This document shows, piece by piece, positions 35,051 to 47,896 of a stretch of 64,000 nt of DNA. A program made the position numbers and the translations under genes. Source of the stretch: Mobula birostris (Eukaryota); the NCBI RefSeq assembly GCF_030028105.1, contig NC_092374.1, positions 174,864,057 to 174,928,056 of the forward strand. Reading direction: 5' to 3'. Position 1 is the stretch's first letter, and every line of letters begins with the position of its first letter. Below the pieces are notes generated by a model that was not told the origin of the DNA, did no database searches, and saw nothing but the letters and a program-made list of their open reading frames with translations.

Positions 35051-38000
35051 CGAGCTTTTTTTTTCTCAGCAATATTTTCATTGTTTTTTTAAAATAAAGA
35101 AAGCATAGTACAAAGGGGGTTTGTGCAGTACATAACAAATGTACAATTCACATCTGTGAAAGAGATGCACCCATAGTACAATCATGCTTTAGTTGTCTCC
35201 CTGCCCCGACCCACTCCTCCCAATCCCAATCCCCGTCTGCAAGCCATCATTGCGTTGGCAAGAAGGCTTAAACAGAACATTTGTCCCCACAGAGCTGCAT
35301 TGGTATAGAGAAGGTGTATTTTCCTAACACACAAACATTGTATGTTTACACGTCTGAGTCCGTAGAATTTTACCGGAGAATGCTGGAAGTCAGGGAGTTA
35401 TGTGCAGAGGAGAGGAAGAAAGGATGGGCCTTTAGTTTGGCTGGCATTCAGAAAATATTCAAGAAAGGGTCCCCACACCTTTTGGAACTTTATGTCCGAG
35501 TTGAGAATTGAATAATGGATCTTCTCAAAGTATAGACTGGAAATGATGTCCCTGAGCCAGTGAGCGTGGGTGGGCGGAGCAGCATCCCTCCACCTGAGCA
35601 AGACTGCACACCTGGCCAAAAGACGGTGTGCAATGTTTGGTCGGACTTAGGTGTGTGCCCCCCTCTCCGGGGGTGCCCAAAAGAGCAATCAAAGGGTTAG
35701 GTTCCAAATTATAATTAAGTATTTGGGATAGACTTTGGAAAACATCTTTCCAATATTTTTCCAAGCTAGGGCATGTCCAGTACATGTGAATAAGGGAAGC
35801 CTTGCTCCTTTCGCATTTTTTCACAGCAGGGATTAACATCTGAGTAAATGCGAGATAATTTAGTTTTAGACATATGGGCCCTGTGTATGACCTTGAACTG
35901 TAACAGGCAGTGTCGGGCACATAAAGAGGTTGAGTTAACTAACTTGAGAACTGAATCCCATACATTGTCTGACAGTGAAAAATTTAAATCTTGCTCCCTT
36001 GCAGTTTTAATTTTGTCAAGGGAGCTCGCCTCAGAACCACTAGCTTGTCGCAAATAGTAAATATTGGACCTTTGAGCAATGAATTCATGCAGAGAAGATA
36101 TCAGTGACGTTTGTGTTGGGTGCCTCAGGGAAGTTTGGTATCAGAGGGCTGATAAAATGTCTAATTTGCAAATATCTGAGTGTTGAGTGTTGGGTAGGTT
36201 AAACTCTGCAGACAGTTGTGCAAATGATGCAAAGCAGTTGTCTATAAAAAGATCTTTAAAGCGCCTGATGCCCTTTCTGTACCAGTCTTGAAATGTTGGA
36301 TCATGTATAGAAGGCTTGAAGAGATGATTATATAGAATAGGACTTGAAAGAGAGAAGCCATGGAGACCACTATGCTTCCTGAACTGGGCCCATACTCTCA
36401 GGGTGTGCCTGATAACAGGATTAACAATTGGTTTAGGAGTAAGAAAAGGGAGTGCGGATCCAAGAAGTGCGGAGATGGAGAAATTCTTAATAGAGTTCAG
36501 TTCCATTGCCACCCATATTGGGCAGTCAGATTGGTTGTAGAAATGAGACCAAAAGATGAGATAACGTATATTAGCTGCCCAGTAATATAAGTGAAAATTG
36601 GGCAAAGCCGTGCCCCCAACACTTTTAGATTTTTGAAGATGGACTTTATACAGTCAGGGACGCTTGCCCTTCCATAAGTAGGACGATATGACTGAGTCTA
36701 GCAAGTCAAAGAAGGCTTTAGGAATGAAAGTTGGTATGGATTGAAAAAGGTACAAGAATGATGTTCATTTTGACAACATTGATTTGGCCCATCAGGGACA
36801 TGGACAGTGGTGACCACTGTGCTAGGCTCTGTTTTGTATGATTTAACAATTTAATGAAATTTTCTCCAAAGGGACGCTTATATTTCCTTGTTACTGTGAC
36901 ACCAAGGTATGTAAATTGGTTATTCACTGCCTTAAAAGGGAGGTTCTGGAACTCTGACGCCTGTGCTTCTCCATTTATTGAAAAAAGTTTGCTCTTGTCT
37001 AAGTTAAGATTGTATCCTGAAAACTGGCTAAATTTGTTAAAGAGTAAGGGGGTAAGGGGGTGATCGGGCATTATATAAAAAGTAAAAGATTGTCAGCATA
37101 AAGGGAGACTTTGTGCTCAACTCCCTCCCTCTAAACCCCCGTCAGATCCACACAGTGGCTCTATGGCCAGATCGAAAAGTAAAGGGCTTAAAGGGCGCCC
37201 TTGGCGGGTTCCACGTTTCAGGTTGAAAGGTTGGGATTGCTGAGAGTTGGTCAAAACAGAGGCAGTGGGACACAAATATAACAGTTTAATCCTCGTGATG
37301 AAACTTGGTCCAAAATCAAATTTTTTTAAACAGCAAAGAGGTAATTCCATTCCACACGGTCGAACGCTTTCTCTGTGTCTAAGGAGATAACACATTCAGG
37401 AATCCCTGAAGGTGAGTATAAGATATTTAAAAGACAGCGTATGTTAAAAAAGGGAGGCGGTTTTTGACAAGACCTTTTTGGTCTTCAGAAATAATAGAGG
37501 GTAGGATGTTCTCCAATCTACGGGCCAGAACTTTAGTTAAGATTTTGACATCGACATTTAACAGAGAGATTGGCCTGTATGATGAGCATTCTGTTGGATC
37601 TCTGCCTCTTTTCGCCAGAAGAATGATGCATGCTTCGTTAAATGATGCTGGCAGTTAAATGAATCAGATAAAACCAAGGTTCGTTGAGGTGAGAGCAGTG
37701 ATGAAAATGATTTAAAGAATTCTACCGGGAACCCATCGGGTCCTGGAGATTTACCAGTCTGCAGTAACGAGATGGCTGAGGATATTTCCTCTAATGATGT
37801 TGGCTCATTCAGTCTCATTTTGAGATCTAGAGAGAGTGTAGGGATATTTAAGCTATTTAAAAAATTCTCGACCAAAATGTGATCATTTGGGGATTCAGAG
37901 GTGTAAAGTTGGGAGTAAAAATTCCCGAATGTGTCGTTGATTTCAGAGTGATTCGAGGTGATGCTTCTGTTTTCCATTTGAATTGTTGTGATGTGTTGTT

Positions 38001-40078
38001 TGGCTTTGAAGCCCCTTAATTAGTTGGCTAAAAATTTACCAGATTTGTCACCATGAATATAGAACTGGCACTTGCTCTTCAAGATTTGGCATTCAATTGG
38101 ATGAGTGGAAATAAGGTCAAATTTAGTTTGGATTTCCACTCGTTTTTTGTACAGCTCTGGATTTTTAGTTTGAGCATATTGTTGGTCTATTTCTTTAATT
38201 TGATTGGCCAGGTCAAGACATTCTTTGTGGTTCTTTCTTTTCATATTCGCGGTGTAGGAAATAACTTGACCCCTGAGGTATGCTTTCAGAGCATCCCAAA
38301 CAACCTGGCTTGAGGTTTCAGGTGACGTATTAGTATTAAGGAAAAAGATTATCTGGTCGTCCATAAATTTTACAAAGTCACTATCTGACAGTAAGGTCGA
38401 ATTAAAACGCCAATGATTATTTATTTGAGGAAGGCCAGGAAGAGTTATAGACAGGACAACCGGAGCGTGGTCTGATATCACTATTCTCTGATAAACACAG
38501 GAACGGCCCAATGGAATCATCTGGTTATCAATTAGAAAGTAGTCACTTCTAGAAAATGTGTGAGAAGAAAGAATATTCTCTCTTATTTGGGTGGAGAAAG
38601 TGCCATACATCAGAGGTGCCATAGTTGGAGAGGAAGGACTGAATTAATGAGGCAGATTTGCTCTGTACTCTGGGAGTAGGAGATGATCGATCCAGCACTG
38701 GATCTAACCAACAGTTGAAGTCTCCACCTAGTATGAGAGAGTATGAACTCAAATCAGGCAGCGCAGAGAAAAAACATTCAAAGAAGTCCACATCATCTGA
38801 GTTAGGAGCGTATATGTTAGCCAACACTACCAGTGTGTTCTATAATTTTCCCCGAGACAATGACAAAACAGCTGTTTGTATCTGATATTTTGTTGTGGAG
38901 TTCAAAGGGGACATTTTGATTTATGAGAATTGAGACCTCCCCCTGGCTTTAGCCTGAAAAGTGGAGTGGAATTGCTTTCCCACCCATCGTGACATAAGAT
39001 GGGAATTGTCAGAACTGTGAATGTGTGTTTCTTGTAGAAATGCAATTGCTGTATTAAATGTTTGAGATGTGAGGATACCTTCCTTCTTTTAACAGGGTGA
39101 TTCAACCCCTTGACATTCCAGTTCACAAAATTTAACGGACCAACCATTCTCCTTTAAAAAGGATACAGGTTGGTAGGCATAAACGGTGTCACGTTTTCGG
39201 GTATCAGTTCTAAGGCAGGAGTGTAATTCAAAGAGAAACAGGGCAGAAATAAATCCTGTATAACAAGGACTTCTGAGGGTTCTTAAAAACAGTACCGGCA
39301 TTGGAGTACCCTCCCCCCACCCCCCCAACCCACAACAAGACAGCTGCCAGAGAGCAGAGCAGCAAGCTCTGAAGACCAACGATCATCCAACAGTACAACT
39401 TCCTGTCACTCGTAGCGTCATCTTAAACTCTGTCACTGTTAGTTAAACAGTAAACATTCAACACTCCTAAACTGACAATGTGCTTAGTGAGAGATAAAAC
39501 AATTCCCCCAAGGTTTATTAAACATGGCTCTACAAATTGAACCATAAAACAGAAATATAGACTGATATTTGAAAAAAAATAAACAGAGTTTACCCAGTGC
39601 TCTTCCCACGAAAGGTTGTAGAGTTCACTGGATTGGAGGTAAAAGGAAATACTCTCCCTCTCGAGAGCAGACTGAATGAATATTATTCCACCTATCGTGG
39701 TAGTCCGTACCTAACCCAGCCAAGTCAGACCAGAGCTCACCATCCATGTACTGCTAATGTTACCTGGCAGAGGCTATGGGATAAAAATATCTTATGAAGT
39801 ATTCAGTATAGTGGGGAGGCTATCGATGTATTTTCGTGCTTCATCTACCGAGCGTAGCCACTTCTTGTCTCCGCTGGGAAGTGTAATGCGGAGCCGTGCA
39901 GGATATAGAAGGGAAGGCCTGAATCCTCGGTTGTATAGCTCCGTCATTACTTCTCTGTACTGGGCTCGGAGGCTCAAAACTTCGGGAGAGTAGTCCTCCA
40001 CAACCTGAATCTGCTGGCCGTGGTATTGTAACTTTCATCTGCGCCGGGCCTCCCTAACCAGGAGATCTTTAATCTGGT

Positions 40079-40699
40079 CTTTAATCGCTTCGTCGAGCAC
40101 CTCAGCTCCGTCTGCCACAACAGGCAGGATCTCCCGGTTGCCACCCACTTCAACTCTGCTTCCCACTCCCATTCAGATATGTCCATACATGGCCTCCTCT
40201 ACTGCCATGATGAGGCTAAACTCAGGTTGGAGGAGCAACACCTCATATACCGTCTAGGTAGTCTCCAGCCCCTTGGTATGATCATAGAATTCTCCAACTT
40301 CCAGTAATTCCCTCCCCCTCCCTTCCTCTACCCTTATTTCACTCTGCCCCCTCCCCCAGCTGCCTACCACCTCCCTCATGGTTCCGCCTCCTTCTACTAC
40401 CCATTGTGTTTTCCCCTATTCTTTCTTCACCTTTCCTGCCCATCCCCTCCCTGCCTCTCTCCCCCACCCTTTGTCTTTCCCCTTATTGGTTTTTCACCTG
40501 GAACCTACCAGCTTTCTCCTTCCCGCCCTCCGCCCACCTTCTTTATAGGGCCTCTGCCCCTTCCCACTACAGTCCTGACGAAGGGTTCCGGCCCGAAACG
40601 TCGACTGATCGTTTCCACGGATGCTGCCCGACCTGCTGAGTTCCTCCAGCGTGTTGTGAGTGTGGCTTTGACCCCAGCATCTGCAGGTAGATTATTTTG
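40079..40699 (+). mobile_element. Penelope 3' fragment inserted in L1 ORF1
   Basis: 13-bp TSD TCTTTAATCTGGT at 40066-78 and 40700-12; GIY-YIG C-terminal remnant. Confidence 0.88.
40570..40607 (+). ncRNA. Intact minimal hammerhead motif, sense strand of class I intron 2
   Basis: CAGTC CTGACGA A GGGT tccg GCCC GAAA C GTC GACTG. Confidence 0.8.
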
Positions 40700-40932
40700 T
40701 CTTTAATCTGGTAGTGGTGAAGTCGAAGAATAACCGGGCACGATCTCTGTCCTGGGGCTGGTTTAGCTGCTAGTGAATGGTGGGCTCTATCAATCTCTGG
40801 CGGGGATGGGAGTGTCTCCTTCCCAAAGATCTTGCAAAGCAGACTGGAAAAAAAATTCAGTAGGACGCCTGCCTTCAATGGATTCGGGCAGGCCAGGGAT
40901 GCGTAGGTTCTGTCATCTGCTCCAGTCCTCCA

Positions 40933-41569
40933 ACAGACAATAGGTGCAGGAGTAGGCCATTCAGCCCTTCGAGCCAGCACCGCCATTCACTGTGATCATG
41001 GCTGATCATCCACAATCAGTACCCCGTTCCTGCCTTATCCCCATAACCTTCACTCCGCTATGTTTAAGAGCTCCATCTAACTCTTTCTTGAAAGCATCCA
41101 GAGAATTGGCCTCCACTGCCTTCTGAGGCAGAGCATTCCACAGAACCACAACCCTCTGTGTGAAAAAGTTTTTCCTCAACTCCGTTCTAAATGGTCTACC
41201 CCTTATTCTTAAACTGTGGCCTCTGGTTCTGGACTCCCCCAACATCCGGAACGTGTTTCCTGCCTCTAGCGTGTCCAATCCCTTAATAATCTTGTATGTT
41301 TCAGTCAGATCCCCTTCTCATCCTTCTAAATTTCAGTGTATACAAGCCCAGTCGCTCCAATCTTTCAACATATGACAGTTCCACCATCCCGGGAATTAAC
41401 CTCGTGAACCTCCGCTGCACTCCCTCAGTAGCAAGAGTGTCCTCCCTCAAATTTGGAGACCAAAACTGTACACAATACTCCAGATGTGGTCTCACCAGGG
41501 CCCTGTACAACTGCAGAAGGACCTCTTTGCTCCTATACTCAAGTCCCCTTGTTATGAAGGCCAACATGC
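40933..41569 (-). mobile_element. CR1 3' fragment inserted in L1 ORF1
   Basis: ALVRPHLEYCVQFWSP; L1 ORF1 resumes on both sides. Confidence 0.88.
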
Positions 41570-42981
41570 CAAGTTAGTAACTTTAGCCATTAGCTTGGTA
41601 TTGTTTTCGAGTAAGCTGGAGCAGATGTTTTCCAGCTCACTGATGCGCTGGCTCAGGTCGTCCGTAGCAAGCTCGAGAGAGGGTAAGCGATGGCCATGGT
41701 CCTCCACTTTGCATTGGATTTGATCAAGTTTTGTTTCCAGCAGGCTGAACGAAAATTTAAATTCGGCTGCTAACACTACGCGGTGTTGGTCTAGTAGCGT
41801 GGAGATAGCCTCTACTGTCAGGCCAGCCGCTGAATGGTCCTTTTCTTCCAGTGAGCTTTAACATCTGCGGGATGCAAATTTACGGGAGATCCACGTAAAT
41901 ACCATCAGGCCGACAGTACAAAGTCGCAGCTAACTTATAGAGTCTGTCTGCCTAACAAGGGGAGGGGCTTGTCTTTAGAAATTATACAGGTATCAGTAAC
42001 ATCCACGTTATCTATTGTCAGCGAGGGAGGGGTCGAAAAGGGTTTCTGTCATCGGGACACTGGCTATCCCGATGGTGCTAATCGACTGTCCATTCGCTTG
42101 CGCGTCCGCGGGGGTGGTGGGGGGCACAGAAGACAGAGTAGCTCCATATCAATCAGACAAGACCCCTCACTATCTCCTGTTTTTACAACCACCATGGGCT
42201 CTTCTCTCATCCTTCTGGATAGTCTGATGGCTGCTGCCCGCACCACCGGTTCTCCGTGGCGCCCCTATTGCTGAGGCGAGGGATGAGTAAAAGAGGAAGT
42301 GGGCAACTGTTGATCCTCTGAAGCCTGGGGAGGGGGACGGCAAGGGGCGGGGGTGACAGTTCCGGGCCCACTGTCCCTTTTCCCGCAATTTCGGTATGTA
42401 GTTTGGCAATCTCGGGCCCAGTGCCACTTCTCACCACAACGACAGCATTGGTCGCTTGGGGAATCAGGGAGATTTCTTCGAAACCCCGAATTCCCTCCCC
42501 TTCCCCACCTCATCCCTGAGATGGGCACCCTTTGCTTTGGGAGTACTGGCCTACTGACATTTTCCCTCTCTCGTCTGTTTCCTGAGAAAAGAGTCCCTCC
42601 CGATCCATATGTCCAAAGCAGATTCTGTAATTTATATCCTTGGGCTTGCAGCGGCCTCATGCAGGTTAACAAAGTCTGGATGGCCAAGGGACCATTCCCC
42701 TCTAAGGGTGTCCCAACACTCTCTCCCCACTTCTGCTTAAACCTTGCTACAAAATCTGGAATTGGTTCACCCTTCCTCTGCGAGCACCGTGTCACCTCCC
42801 CTTTACCGCTATGTCTCCGTGCTCCCCCATTATAGCAGTTTTCCCTCCATTCTCCAACCAGTGTGAGATTGTCTCATTACTGGGCACCGTGTCATCCTGT
42901 CCCCAGTCTGCTCCATCCCCCGGGGGTATCACAAAAGCCTCCTTTAGCGAAGGCCCAGAGGACGACGGGCACGTTTTAATA

Positions 42982-45598
42982 GCATCTGCACATCCCCCAG
43001 GGAAGGGCGAGTATATAGTATCTGTACATTCCCCAGGGAGGGGTGAGTATATAGTATCTGTACTTCCCGGGGAGGAGTGAGTATATAGTATCTGTACATT
43101 CCCTTGGGAGGGGTGAGTATATAGTATCTGTACATTCCCTGGGGAGGAGTGAGTATATAGTATCTGTACATTCCCTGGGGAGGAGTGAGTATATAGTATC
43201 TGTACATTCCCTTGGGAGGGGTGAGTATATAGTATCTGTACTTCCCGGGGAGGAGTGAGTATATAGTATCTGTACATTCCCTGGGGAGGAGTGAGTATAT
43301 AGTATCTGTACATTCCCTTGGGAGGGGTGAGTATATAGTATCTGTACTTCCCGGGGAGGAGTGAGTGTATAGTATCTGTACATTCCCTTGGGAGGGGTGA
43401 GTATATAGTATCTGTACATTCCCTGGGGAGGGGTGAGTATATAGTATCTGTACATTCCCCGGGGAGGGCTGAGTATATAGTATCTGTACATTCCCCAGGG
43501 AGGAGTGAGTATATAGTATCTGTACATTCCCCAGGGAGGAGTGAGTATATAGTATCTGTACATTCCCTAGGGAGGGGTGAGTATATAGTATCTGTACATT
43601 CCCCGGGGAGGAGTGAGTATATAGTATCTGTACATTCCCCAGGGTGGGGTGAGTATATAGTATCTGTACATCCCAGGGAAGGTGAGTATATAGTATCTGT
43701 ACATTCCCCGGGGAGGAGTGAGTATATAGTATCTGTACATTCCCCAGGGAGGAGTGAGTATATAGTATCTGTACATTCCCTAGGGGGGGTGAGTATATAG
43801 TATCTGTACATTCCGCAGGGAGGGTGAGTATTGTTATGTACCTGATGCCCCGTATTATGTACTCCCAGGGTTCATATTTTCTGTGGACTGTCACTTTAAG
43901 GCACAAGATAGAACAGAGAGTAACTTTTGGATTTTTGCTGAGAGAGAGAGGGCAGAGTCTGCCTTTCAGCTCGTGTTTCCACCTTTACAAGGACACTGAC
44001 TACTGCTGGCAGCTTCTGGGTGCCATGGAAAGAGAGAGAGAGAGGAACGAGCAGCTCGTGAGTCGCACGGTAACCGAGGGCGGTGTTATGTGATGGACAG
44101 CTGGTGTTCAGCATGCTGAGATAAATACGAGGTCAGCTGGTTGTTAGACACACACATGGTTTTGGACACTGGGTGAGCTTTGTTGTGCCCACAGAAAGAT
44201 GGGTTTTTGGAGGATCAGTCAGGAGAGTCGATCAGTGGCTCTCGCAGTGTGGAAAAGATGTGACCGGTGGGAAGTTATCGGTGTGTCCAACCCTCGCCTG
44301 GGTTGGTAACTTTACCACAGAAGACAGTCTCCTTTTTGTGGTCACATTCGGTGACTTTAAAGGAAGAGAAGCAGGGAGAGGAAGGTTTGTACCAGAAGAA
44401 GCCTAGTGACAAAGAGGTCACTGTTTGGACTCTCTCTCTAAGTAGCCCGCCAGGGTGAGTTTGATTCCATTCGAATACGAAGGTGTGACTGTCATGTAGT
44501 TAATCCACAGGAGTGGGTTCTCTGGTAAGGGGAGTACTTTGTGAATATCACTTGTGTGTTACCCTTATTTGGGTGTGGTAGTTCACTGAAGAAAGGCACC
44601 CCGTGGCAAATCACTGTTGGAGTTATTTCGTATGTCGTGGAACTGGATAAATGGCTATCACAGTTGTGTGTTTGGAGTAACCTTGTGTGGAAACTACCTG
44701 TGTGTGATAATCCTTGCCTGGGTTGGTAGCTTTACCACTTGAAGAAGGTCCCCTTAGTGATAGACTACTGTTGGTGATAATCCCTACGTGGATTCTGTTG
44801 GAGTATCCTGTGGCCACACTTTGGAATGACCCGTAGCTGAATTCAGGTGTGGTACCACTTGTGTTGAAAGGATATTCGTTGAAGATCACTGTCGGTGATA
44901 CTTTGTGTATGGAGTGGAACAACTTCGGAGATAACCTACCACTATTGTTATTCTGTATTGCTGTCATAGAATCTGTGGAATATCGATGTAATTGCCTTCT
45001 CACAGCATTCGCCTTTGGATTACAAACATCTCACATTAATTAACCTGAGCATTGAACTGAACTATCTTACCTACTATCATAAGACTGTATCCACTTACAC
45101 CCTAAGCTGGAAGAAGCTTGGCTTTTATATATTTCCACACTTATATATGCATGATTTTTGCTAACTTGTTTGATTTATCTGATTTTATAGTATTATTAGG
45201 TAGTTACTAATAAAAATAGCATTAGTTAAAAGCAATACCAGACTAAAAGTGTTTTCCATTTCTGCTGGTTCTTTAACCCATTATGAGGTATGTAACAGTA
45301 TATAGTATCTATACATTTCCTAGAGAGGGGCGAGTATATATCATCTCCACATTCCCCAGGGAGGAGTGTGTGTATAGTATCGGTACATTCCCCAGGGAAT
45401 GGTGAGTATATAGTATCTGTACATCCCCCGGGAGGGGTGAGTATACAGTATGTGTACATTCCCCGGGGAGGGGTGAGTATACAGTACCTGTACATTCCCC
45501 TGGGAGGGGTGAGTATACGGTATCTGTACATTCCCCTGGGAGGGGTGATTATATAGTATCTGTGCATCCCCCTAGGAGGGGCAAGTATATAGCATCAG
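42982..45598. repeat. 35-36-bp minisatellite (gagtatatagtatctgtacattccctggggaggagt) inside gag, split by a solo LTR
   Basis: Blocks at 42982-43831 and 45298-45598. Confidence 0.95.
43832..45297 (+). mobile_element. Solo LTR, 1466 bp
   Basis: TGTTATGTACC...GGTATGTAACA termini, 4-bp TSD GTAT, AATAAA near 45210. Confidence 0.85.
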
Positions 45599-45764
45599 GA
45601 CCAACCAATTGTGGAAGGTGTTTGGTTTCTTTAAGGGGTCAGGCGCCTCTGTGACCATGATGAGTACTTCGGTTGGGATACAGGGACGTCACCTATCATG
45701 ATATTTGGGGGCCTGAATTGAGGGGTTTGTCCCCTCCTTTTCTTCTCTCTCTCTTCGTCCCCGT

Positions 45765-46480
45765 ATTTGCTGTCGAGTCACGCGGCCTTTATTGAGTGCA
45801 GTAAAGTTGGACTTCACCTAAACGTTAAAAAGACAGAGTACGTGGTGTTTAAGTGCGACGAAAGTACACTCAAGAATGTAAAGAATGATACCATTAAGAA
45901 AGTCTTTGACTTTAGGTACCTCGGGTCAAGACTGATGAGTTCGGAGAAGGACATAAAGGTACGGAAGGCGCTGGCGTGGAGGGCTATGAACGACAAGAAG
46001 GAAATCTGGAAGTCCAGAGGGCTTAAAAAGAGGACCTTCATAGCAGTCATAGAGCCCATTCTCACATACGGATGTGAGGCGTAGACACTCACCAAGACGA
46101 TGTGAAAGTCTCTGGATGGTTACTATACATGAATGCTCTGGTTGGCTCTTGACTTGAGTTGGCAACAGCACATGGCGAACGTCGAGCTCAATAACGACCT
46201 ACCGATGCTCTCCACTAAAATCGAGGCGAGAAGACTGCAACTAGCGGGGCACTGTCTACGCCACCCCGAGCTACCTGCCAGCCTAGTCATCATACGGGAG
46301 CCCAAGCACGGGAGGATGAACCCTGGGCACCCTCCCAAGACTACGGTCAACACACTCCTAGAAGACAGCGGCGCGGCTGATGTAGATGAACTGAACACAC
46401 TGATGAGGGAGAGGGAGAAGTGGAGAGTCCATCATCGTGCCCGATGCCAGCCCCCTAGGCCTGAGTCAACGTAGTAGTAG
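45765..46480 (+). mobile_element. RTE-clade LINE 3' fragment
   Basis: FRYLGS...IKVRKALAW...RRLQLAGHCLRHPE; (tag)n tail. Confidence 0.75.
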
Positions 46481-47319
46481 CACGTGGCCTCCTGCATCAC
46501 CTGTGGTGCTGCTCACTTCGGTCTCATCTCCGGCAGCCCTCGCACCTCCTGGAGCCGTCACGGCCCCGTCCTCACGGAGAGGGGGTTGATACCGTGGCCG
46601 GGGGCCTGGCTGTCTCTGCCTCTGACCTCGCCCACAGGGGGTGGCCATCTGTGTCAATTCCTCTGTGTCCCCCTCCGGGGGATCACTCGGGGCCGATCTG
46701 ATATACTGTCCCAGCAGTGGTTGGGAGGCCGGGGGATTACTCTTATGTGGTCCTTTATCTTTCCAAGGGGGCTTAGGGGGCCAGAGTCTCTTGGCCACCT
46801 CCTCCCATTTATTAAAACAGCCGATCATATAATTCAGATCCCAATTCGGATCCCCATCTCCCATTTCCACAGTCTCTTTCCAGTCCCTTATCTTAACTTG
46901 CGTAAGCAAGTTAAATGTTCCGACATAGGGCCAATCTCCTTGGGACCACCCGTACAGGTCATTACTAAATGTTATCCCGTTTCATGTATTACTGTATCGG
47001 CCGGCGATCCGGCCGGAGATAAGTACCCCCAGAGTTGCCTCTACACTGGGCAGCCTTGGGATGCCTTACTCCTAGAGTTAGGTCCCTTGAGCTATAATCG
47101 CTCCTGCCAAATCTCTCACTTCTTCCATATTCACTCAATTGCCAGATTGTGAATGTTTGGTCCCGGCTCTCCTTTTCACCGTTGGAGCAGCCAGGACTAT
47201 CCCCCAGGCACAAGAGTCGCAGCTTTCTTGTGCACATTATGATAGCTACCCCAGTCGATTTCCTTTTCTACTGGGGTTTTCCACAGCTGTCCCTCTGTTA
47301 GTATCCCGTTAGTGCTGGG

Positions 47320-47338
47320 ATCCTGTTGACTTACGCCA
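47320..47338 (-). promoter_or_regulatory. Primer-binding site, tRNA-Ser type
   Basis: TGGCGTAAGTCAACAGGAT versus the tRNA-Ser complement TGGCGTAGTCGGCAGGAT (recalled); 3 nt from the LTR end. Confidence 0.75.
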
Positions 47339-47341
47339 GAT

Positions 47342-47896
47342 TGTCGTGAAAATTTGACCTTAGTGGGATGAAAAGAATACCTGACTCCTGACGAAGGGTC
47401 TCGGCCTGAAACGTCGACTGCACCTCTTCCTACAGATGCTGCCTGGCCTGCTGCGTTCACCAGCAACTTTGATGTGTGTTACCTGACTCCTGAGTCTCGT
47501 TTCGGGACCTTTATTTTACTTGGGACCGAGGAGAGAGAGAGCTGGTCTCCACCAGCACCCGACTCTACTCTCCTGTTACAATAGTGTCCTTTTATACTGT
47601 TCAGCATAGTAACAGCAGACTCATTATAATATATCCAGTCATTGCATAAGAATATTACCACTCTGCCAATATGTTACTGTTCACTACAAAAAACTTAGAG
47701 AGAAAAGAGCAGTTACAAGTTGAACTATCTTGCAGAGCTGAGCACATTAGTTCCTGTTTCTCTGGTCGCAGCAGATTAGACTCATACCTGATCTCGCGAG
47801 AGTTAGCACGTAACATTCTCTATTTGCACACAAGGGTCTTTGCTTTGCAGTCTCCTTGACCCTAGTCACGTAGCTCATTAATCCTTTTCCTCCACA
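47342..47896 (-). mobile_element. ERV 5' LTR
   Basis: Minus strand TGTGGA...ACGACA; TATAAAA (47596-90) then AATAAA (47515-10). Confidence 0.8.
47385..47480 (+). mobile_element. About 95-bp solo hammerhead element inside the ERV LTR
   Basis: Direct repeat TACCTGACTCCTGA at 47378-91 and 47480-93; the 5' strand of helix I is truncated. Confidence 0.8.

Larger units (their letters stand above)
35056..41870 (-). mobile_element. Near full-length decayed L1/Tx1-clade LINE (ORF1 plus ORF2) with nested insertions
   Basis: ORF1 pieces at 41552-41776, 40710-40930 and 39792-40078 (EIDRAHHSL, EDYSPEV...LLYPARLRI); ORF2 pieces [45 protein letters not shown]. Confidence 0.92.
41880..47341 (-). mobile_element. 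Decayed endogenous retrovirus internal region: PBS, gag, protease (interrupted)
   Basis: MHR-like QRKGEPIPDFVARF, CCHC knuckle CCRCGEKWHWARDC, frameshifted protease LID[T]GAT and PLLGR; PBS at 47338-47320. Confidence 0.8.

Noticed and set aside
42792-43906. Long repetitive ORFs (339, 320, 195 aa) as repeat proteins
   Set aside because: They are produced by a 36-bp unit open in several frames, with 35-bp units shifting frame and an LTR interrupting the array.
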